Source: Polyangiaceae bacterium
GTDB lineage: Bacteria > Myxococcota_A > Polyangia > Polyangiales > Polyangiaceae
DNA length: 64,000 nt
Direction of reading: 5' to 3'
NCBI GenBank assembly: GCA_044376115.1
Contig: JBILLK010000001.1
Coordinates: forward strand, 384,001 to 448,000
Shown here: positions 57,954 to 64,000 of the stretch, one piece after another
Position numbering within the stretch: position 1 is the stretch's first letter
Layout: every line of letters starts with the position of its first letter
Program-made: the position numbers and the translations under genes
The notes under the pieces: generated by a model
What the model was told of the DNA's origin: nothing
Databases searched by the model: none
What the model saw: only the letters and a program-made list of their open reading frames with translations

Positions 57954-58682
57954 ATGAAATCTCTTGGCTTTGGCTTGGCGTTAGGCGTGATTGGGCTGGC
58001 TGGCTGCGGCGGGAACGTCGTGTTCTCGGAGGACGGCGAGGGCGGTGCCGGTGGGAGCACGATCACGACCACCACCAACCAAGGCGCTGGCCCCAACTCC
58101 TCGGTGACAACCACCAACCAGGGCGGTGGCCCCAACTCCTCGGTGACAACCACCAACCAAGGCGGCGGCCCCAACTCCTCGGTGGTAACCGGGCCGATCT
58201 CTACCTGTGAGACGCTGTGTAACCAGTTCTCGCAATGTCTAGAGGACAACTGCTTCGACCAGTGTCAGCAGGTATACCAGCCAGGTTGTGAGGCTCAAGC
58301 CGAGGCGTACCTGCAATGCGTCATCAATTTCCTGTCGCCCAATTGTGATTTCCCGGACTACGACTGCTCGGTTGAAAGCCAGCAGCTAGACGAGTGCTTT
58401 AGCGGCGGAAGCTGCGTCACAGAAGGTTGCGACACTGGCGGCGGTAGCTGTTCCTGCAGCGGCAACTGCGGTGGGAATCCGGTAGTTGCTTCGTGCTTCG
58501 CCAACGGTGGCCCCGGCGGCGGCCAAAGCTCAAGCAGCAATGGCGGCGGCCCGCCCCCTCCAGGCGGCGGCTTTACCTGTGAGTGCTTCTTGAACGGAGA
58601 ATATTTCGGGACCTGCGACGACTCGCCGATGGACGTCTGCAACGGCATTGAGCAGGGCTGTTGCGCGCAAGTATTCCTTTGA
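57954..58682 (+). CDS. Cys-rich lipoprotein with repeated Thr/Gly linker
   Basis: LAGC lipobox, TTTNQGGGPNSSV x3, many Cys. Confidence 0.75.
   Translation: MKSLGFGLALGVIGLAGCGGNVVFSEDGEGGAGGSTITTTTNQGAGPNSSVTTTNQGGGPNSSVTTTNQGGGPNSSVVTGPISTCETLCNQFSQCLEDNCFDQCQQVYQPGCEAQAEAYLQCVINFLSPNCDFPDYDCSVESQQLDECFSGGSCVTEGCDTGGGSCSCSGNCGGNPVVASCFANGGPGGGQSSSSNGGGPPPPGGGFTCECFLNGEYFGTCDDSPMDVCNGIEQGCCAQVFL
58068..58184. repeat. Near-perfect 39-bp tandem repeat x3
   Basis: CCCCAACTCCTCGGTG recurs at 58091, 58130 and 58169. Confidence 0.9.
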
Positions 58683-58694
58683 CGCGAGCGGCGG

Positions 58695-60038
58695 CTAGCG
58701 AGGTACCGCCCAGAGCCTGAGGTTCTGGGGGGTAAGGGTAATTCGGGCTTTTGGAACTACCCGGTCGGCGCCTCGCAGTTCGAACGAGTGGCGCATGAGC
58801 AACGTTGCTAGCGCCACGCTCGCCTCGACTGAGGCAAATACTTTTCCGATGCACGCTCGGCCCCCTGCACCGAATGGCAAGTAAGCAAGCTTGGGCCTCG
58901 TCTCTTCGAGTTCCTTACGGAAGCGCGCTGGATCAAACTGCTCCGCTTTGGGGAACCAGCGTTCATCGCGCTGGGTAAAGTAGATCCAAAGGACTACCTC
59001 GCTCCCCGCGGGAACCGCGTAATCGCCTATCTGAGTGTCACTGATGGCCCTTCGCGCCAGAACGTAGGCAGGCGGATAGAGGCGCATGGTCTCCTTGATC
59101 ACTTGGTCGATCAGCGTCAGCTTTTCGAGGTCCTCACTCCGGCACGGCCTGCCCGCCAGCACCGAGTCCACCTCGGCCTGACAGGCGCGCATCAATTCAG
59201 GGTGCTTCGCCAAGAGGTAGAGCGCCCAAGCCAACGTATTGGACGTAGTTTCATGGCCCGCGAGGAGGAAGGTAACCAGCTCATCTCGGACTTCACGTGC
59301 TGAAAGGCGTACGTCCTTGTTTTCAGGATCCGTTGCATCGAGGAGCATCTGAAGCAGATCCACCTGCGAGCTGGGCTTGGCACGACGATTGTGGACCACT
59401 CGCTCGATCACGCGGTCCAACTCCGATACGGCCCGATGAACGACCTGCTCCACCGGCCAACGCGCCAACGCAGGCAGGCTGCGAGGTACCGCGAGCGCAG
59501 TCTGGAGCGTCGACATGGAACGCCCGACCACTCGGACTTCATCTTCGAGGTCGATACCGAGCAGGGCGTGCCCAACGATGCGCAAGGTGAGGTCGGTCAT
59601 CTCAAAAGCGACGTCTACGCTCTTACCCCCTTCGAATCGCTGCACAGTCCGCTCTGTCTCTGCGACCATGCGCGGAACTGCGGAGCTGATCGCCTGCCTC
59701 GAGAACGCCGGATTGAGGATGCGGCGATGGCGCCGCCAAACGTCACCGTCGCTGGTGAGCAGACCGTCCCCAAGCAGAATCGACAGACTCTCCAAGGCGC
59801 TGTGGGACTTGGCATACGCATCCGCGTGGGTAATCAGCACCTCCCGAAGCTGGGCTGGGTGACGAACGACGTAGAGCCCAACACCCTTGGCGGGGGCGTA
59901 ATAAACGTCGCCGTAGCGAGCGAATCGTCGGCCGACAAACTCGAAGGGGTCACGGAAAAAGGCTGCCGCGTAGCGAATCGAGTCGACCAGATTTCCCGTT
60001 CGTTCATCGGGGCCGGGAGGCGTGCCTAGGGGCGACAT
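58695..60038 (-). CDS. Cytochrome P450
   Basis: AGHETT, ETMRLYPP, FDPARF, PFGAGGRACIG heme-binding motif. Confidence 0.95.
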   Translation of the reverse strand: MSPLGTPPGPDERTGNLVDSIRYAAAFFRDPFEFVGRRFARYGDVYYAPAKGVGLYVVRHPAQLREVLITHADAYAKSHSALESLSILLGDGLLTSDGDVWRRHRRILNPAFSRQAISSAVPRMVAETERTVQRFEGGKSVDVAFEMTDLTLRIVGHALLGIDLEDEVRVVGRSMSTLQTALAVPRSLPALARWPVEQVVHRAVSELDRVIERVVHNRRAKPSSQVDLLQMLLDATDPENKDVRLSAREVRDELVTFLLAGHETTSNTLAWALYLLAKHPELMRACQAEVDSVLAGRPCRSEDLEKLTLIDQVIKETMRLYPPAYVLARRAISDTQIGDYAVPAGSEVVLWIYFTQRDERWFPKAEQFDPARFRKELEETRPKLAYLPFGAGGRACIGKVFASVEASVALATLLMRHSFELRGADRVVPKARITLTPQNLRLWAVPR

Positions 60039-60091
60039 CAGCGCAACAATAGCGCGTGCGCCAACGCTGGTCCTCATGGGATTATGTCCCC

Positions 60092-62767
60092 ATGCGTAAA
60101 CGCGGAAGCTTAGCGGTTGCCTTCGTTTCTCTTGCGGCTCTCCACTGTGGCGGAGAGCTTTCGATTACGGGCTCGGGAGCGGGGGGCGCGGGAGGCACTG
60201 GCGGTAGCGGTGCTGGAGGGGCCGGTGGTGGAGGGGCACCAGGGCTACAGATTGAGGGGCTTACGGCTGCCGTCACGGGCGCCTATGACGATAACGGCTT
60301 GCTCCATGTTACCTGCCAGGAGGACGACGATTGCTATGCGGCCCTGGGCTACTTCCACGCCTCCAACCGCTTCTTCTTCATGGACTTCATCCGCAGCTTG
60401 GTTCGCGGGAAGCTCGCCTCCCTAGTGAAGGCTGGGGATACAGTGCTTGAAGTTGACTACGAGAATCGTCGCTTCTTCACTAGCCCTGACGGGACGCCAG
60501 TCGAGCAGAAGCTGTATGAGAATGGTTCTGATCGGGCCAAGGGTCACTTTGATGCATACACCCGAGGTGTCAACGCTTGGATCGCGGACATGCGCGCCAA
60601 CCGTAATGGCGCCACCCTTACCACCGAATATGACTTTGCGCTGATTGTTAAGGACAACATCCGTGACTGGGAACCGGAAGACTCGGCAGCAGTGGGTCTC
60701 TACGTCCTCAATGATCTTTCGAACAATAGCGACGGGGAGCTCGCACTGGCCCAGGCTATCAATGAATTTGACCCATTGTTAGCGCCCGACCTGTTCACAC
60801 CCAAGCCGGTTTTCGAAGCATCGACGATCAGTGGCTTCACTCCAGCACCCTATCCCGCGGGGCTCCCTATTGTTGGCGGTAGCAACTCAAGCTTCTTGAA
60901 TGGTTGGTACGCCAAGGAGCGCGGCCCTGCCACCAGAGGGTTGATAAGTGAGGCGCGCCGCGCGATGTCCAAAGTGGGTGGCGCGCAAAGCTGGAAGGGA
61001 CCTGGAGACACCGGGTCGAACAATTGGATTGTGGGGCCGACCAAATCTGCGACCGGTAATGCGCTGTTAGCGAATGACCCGCATCTACAATTAACCAACC
61101 CCAGCATTTGGTTCGCCGTCGAACTCGACGCAAAGTCGGCTGGAAACGGTAGCTATCACGTAGCGGGCAGCACCTTTCCCGGGCTTCCCTCCGTCATGGT
61201 CGGCCACAATGAGAAGATCGCTTGGGGAGTGACTACTGCTTATTACGACCTCGCAGACGTCTACCTCGAGGAGCTCAATGACGACGGCAGCGCGGTTGTA
61301 ATCAACGGAACCGACGTGCCTATCCTGGAAAAGGAGTATGAGTTCTTGGATGCCCAATCGGGCGATACCATCAAGAAGACCTTTCGGTATTCCCAACATG
61401 GGCCGATCGTCTCGGAGGACCTCGCCGCAAAGACGGCTGTCTCAATTCGCTGGACAGGTCACGAAGGCGGAACGGACCTGGACGGGTTCTTTGGGCTCGC
61501 GCGCGCAGAAACGTTTGAGGAAGCGAAGAGCGCCATCGAGTTCATCTCCAGCGCTAGTCAGAACTTCGTTGTTATCGACGTGGAAGGGAACTTTGGGTGG
61601 TTTCCATACATCAAGATCCCAGAGCGCCCCTGGGCTTCCAATAGCGTAGTTCCGTGGCTGCCTATCCCCGGTGAGGGCAGCGCCGAGTGGGGTCCCCCAG
61701 TCGCGCTCGAAGATCTTCCCCAGGCAGAGAACGTTGCGGACGGTTTTCTGGCCACCGCAAACGCGGACATGATTGGCGCCTCATTCGATGGGGATCTCCT
61801 CAATGACGGTCCGTCGATTCAAACGTTTCCAACTGCCAACGGTGCGCGTCAACGTCGCATCTTGGACCTCCTCGCAGCAGAGAACGCGCACACGGTTGAC
61901 TCGCTCGTAGCAATTCAAGGTGATACCTATTCGCTCTTTGGCGCCGGTATGAAGCAGGCATTCATTGATGCGGCAGCGGCGGGCGCCATTCCGCCGGAGC
62001 AGCAGCAGGTGATTGACGCTTTGGTCGCGTGGCAAGGGACCTGTCCGACTGGCGTCGTAGGGGACCCAAAGGAGCCGACCAAAGACGATGACACCACGGT
62101 CGCGGCGGAGTCGATCGGTTGCACGGCATTCCATGCAGTCTTCTTCGCAGCGGTTTACGCCGGAATGCGAGACGAAATCGAGGCTGCTGGGCTTACCTCT
62201 GTAAGCGGCTTCGACCAATCGTTGATAGCGCGCTCACTCCTGGACCCAACCAACCTCGCGTCTGGCGATCTGGTTTGGGACAATGTCAGCACTGGGGCCG
62301 TTGAAACAAGGAACGATACCCTTCGCGTGGCGTTGCAACTAGCAGCCACGGCACTCGCTGAGTTCGGCGAACCCGATGAATGGCGCTGGGGCTTCAGTCA
62401 CACCATCACCCTGCGCAGCGTGTTCGACAACTTTGGCGTGCCCAGCTACAACGAAGGCCCCTATGCCGCACCGGGCGGGCTTCACGCTGTCAACGTGGCC
62501 AACCCTTCAGTGCGCCTTCCGGAAGCGGGAAAGCCCTTCGACTTTTCCTTCCGAGCGGGACCGTCGATTCGATTCGTGGTTGAAGCACGTCCAGAGGGCC
62601 CGCGGATGGTCTATCAACTTCCGGGGGGAAATGACCTTCACCGTGATAGCCCCTTCTACAATAACCTTCTGCCTAACTGGCTAACCAACACGCCAATCGA
62701 ATTCCCGTTTGGTCCCGACGCTGTTCCTAATCCGGCTGTCGTCGTGGTGATTGAACCGAAGCCTTGA
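60092..62767 (+). CDS. Penicillin acylase family Ntn-hydrolase (lipoprotein)
   Basis: ALGYFHA..RFF.MD, GSNNW, LANDPHL, GHN..IAWG.T, TAN. Confidence 0.92.
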   Translation: MRKRGSLAVAFVSLAALHCGGELSITGSGAGGAGGTGGSGAGGAGGGGAPGLQIEGLTAAVTGAYDDNGLLHVTCQEDDDCYAALGYFHASNRFFFMDFIRSLVRGKLASLVKAGDTVLEVDYENRRFFTSPDGTPVEQKLYENGSDRAKGHFDAYTRGVNAWIADMRANRNGATLTTEYDFALIVKDNIRDWEPEDSAAVGLYVLNDLSNNSDGELALAQAINEFDPLLAPDLFTPKPVFEASTISGFTPAPYPAGLPIVGGSNSSFLNGWYAKERGPATRGLISEARRAMSKVGGAQSWKGPGDTGSNNWIVGPTKSATGNALLANDPHLQLTNPSIWFAVELDAKSAGNGSYHVAGSTFPGLPSVMVGHNEKIAWGVTTAYYDLADVYLEELNDDGSAVVINGTDVPILEKEYEFLDAQSGDTIKKTFRYSQHGPIVSEDLAAKTAVSIRWTGHEGGTDLDGFFGLARAETFEEAKSAIEFISSASQNFVVIDVEGNFGWFPYIKIPERPWASNSVVPWLPIPGEGSAEWGPPVALEDLPQAENVADGFLATANADMIGASFDGDLLNDGPSIQTFPTANGARQRRILDLLAAENAHTVDSLVAIQGDTYSLFGAGMKQAFIDAAAAGAIPPEQQQVIDALVAWQGTCPTGVVGDPKEPTKDDDTTVAAESIGCTAFHAVFFAAVYAGMRDEIEAAGLTSVSGFDQSLIARSLLDPTNLASGDLVWDNVSTGAVETRNDTLRVALQLAATALAEFGEPDEWRWGFSHTITLRSVFDNFGVPSYNEGPYAAPGGLHAVNVANPSVRLPEAGKPFDFSFRAGPSIRFVVEARPEGPRMVYQLPGGNDLHRDSPFYNNLLPNWLTNTPIEFPFGPDAVPNPAVVVVIEPKP

Positions 62768-62895
62768 TTTCGTTCGATAACGACTCGGGCCAAGCCGAAG
62801 GACTGGTACCTACGAGGGTTCTCCAACGGTCACGAGTCGTTCTGTTCACTGCAGCAGCCACGAATGGTGGCAAGACCTGATAGAAGAGGACTCGA

Positions 62896-63765
62896 ATGCA
62901 TCGTTCTTATTGGATGTTGTTATTGGCTCTGGGCGTTGGCGCTCCGCTTGCTGGCTGCGACCAGCTCAAGTCGGACGATAAGAAATCGTCGAAGTCCTCG
63001 AAGGACGAGGACGAGAGCGACACCAAGAGTAAGAAGAAGAAGAAGGCCGCTGACGAGGAGTCCGACTCGGATGAGGAGGAGAGTTCAGCCAAGCCGACGG
63101 CCTCCGCGAGCGCGGCGCCCGTACCTCCTCCCCCGCCCCCTTCGGCGACGGCAGCACCAACCGACACAGCCCCTACGGCTTCCAACACGGCACCCCCGCC
63201 ACCGCCGCCTCAGCCAACGTTGCCAGGCCGAACCGCTACGCCCACCAACGAAGAGTGGAGCCTTGCGCCTGAGCTCTCAGTTGCCGGCTCAACCAAGCTC
63301 GATTGCGAGACCAAGGGAGTGCGCGAGTGGGTGCGCGTTAGCTGCAAGAGCGGGAGCTCGTCGCGGGGGGCGCCAACCGGGGTCTCGGTGAGTCGGGGTC
63401 AGGAGCGTGGTGAGACCTTCACCTTCGCTTCAGGCGGCGTAACGTCGCTTGTGTATCCGTTCTATGAGGGCCAGGATTTGCTGGCGCGTTTCACTTGGGA
63501 GAATCACACGAGTGATTACACCGCGTTGTGGCCGCGTGGCGCGCCGAGGCCTCCCGTGGTTGGAATCTTTGCTAATACCGGTACTGCCACACCCACCACT
63601 ACAGCGACTACCACCGCGACTACGACCGCGACCAAAGATCAGTGCACCACCGACGCTAATTGTCCACGTGGGTCCAAGTGCAAGCCGTCACCAACTGGCA
63701 AGGTCTGCGTGGCGGAGCGTCTACCTGGAACTCTGAAAATTCCGGGTCGGCCGATCAAGAAGTGA
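62896..63765 (+). CDS. Lipoprotein with charged and Pro/Thr-rich linkers
   Basis: LAGC lipobox, CETK.VREWVRVSC domain, small Cys module. Confidence 0.7.
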   Translation: MHRSYWMLLLALGVGAPLAGCDQLKSDDKKSSKSSKDEDESDTKSKKKKKAADEESDSDEEESSAKPTASASAAPVPPPPPPSATAAPTDTAPTASNTAPPPPPPQPTLPGRTATPTNEEWSLAPELSVAGSTKLDCETKGVREWVRVSCKSGSSSRGAPTGVSVSRGQERGETFTFASGGVTSLVYPFYEGQDLLARFTWENHTSDYTALWPRGAPRPPVVGIFANTGTATPTTTATTTATTTATKDQCTTDANCPRGSKCKPSPTGKVCVAERLPGTLKIPGRPIKK

Positions 63766-63816
63766 AGGCTAGCGGTACTGCTCGAGAGGGGCGCGGGTCA
63801 TTCTGTTTAGTTATCT

Positions 63817-64000
63817 ATGCTTCGCGCCCCTGATCCCCTAACGCCCGAGGAACGGGCACGTTTACTGGCACAACCTAGGCCACGACGCAGCCTGCCGCTC
63901 TTAGCTGAGCAGCAAGCAGTCCCTGCACTAGCACCCGCCGCGCGCGAGGCTGATCGCAGCTGCCGACCAATCTACGCCGTTTGGGAGATCACGCTCGCGT
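63817..64000 (+). CDS. Radical SAM/SPASM-type protein, 5' part only (truncated by window end)
   Basis: My translation: MLRAPDP...RSCRPIYAVWEITLA, next codon begins with T (consistent with the first Cys of CxxxCxxC); not in the ORF track. Confidence 0.7.
   Translation, partial: MLRAPDPLTPEERARLLAQPRPRRSLPLLAEQQAVPALAPAAREADRSCRPIYAVWEITLA

Overview
GC-rich chromosomal window. Gene content (many Cys-rich lipoproteins, Ser/Thr kinase, ECF sigma/anti-sigma trio, STAND-TPR regulator) suggests a myxobacterium, probably Polyangiales/Sorangiineae; this is an inference. It holds about 63 CDSs, mostly housekeeping or envelope genes (oppD/F-like, plsB, clpB, mntP, cinA, ccmF/ccmH, LeuA-family synthase, P450, penicillin acylase), and one initiator tRNA-Met. 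No CRISPR array, integrase or transposase was seen. The standout is 47888-49135: a 251-aa uncharacterised protein followed directly by a ~490-nt non-coding region. This region folds by eye into two long arms, each capped by a circularly permuted tRNA-like domain (T-arm, acceptor stem closed by a connector, D-arm, no anticodon loop). It also has single-stranded CAACCT/CAAACT motifs and a terminal hairpin, making it a candidate protein-ncRNA system resembling Y RNA but with no Ro60/Rsr gene in the window. Secondary highlights: three zinc-ribbon lipoproteins with XYG motifs plus a radical-SAM gene starting at the window edge (candidate splicease/RiPP system); a promoter motif shared by an ECF sigma gene and its likely target; many apparently leaderless genes; and a tandem GILT-like protein. 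All calls come from visual motif recognition; no searches were run.
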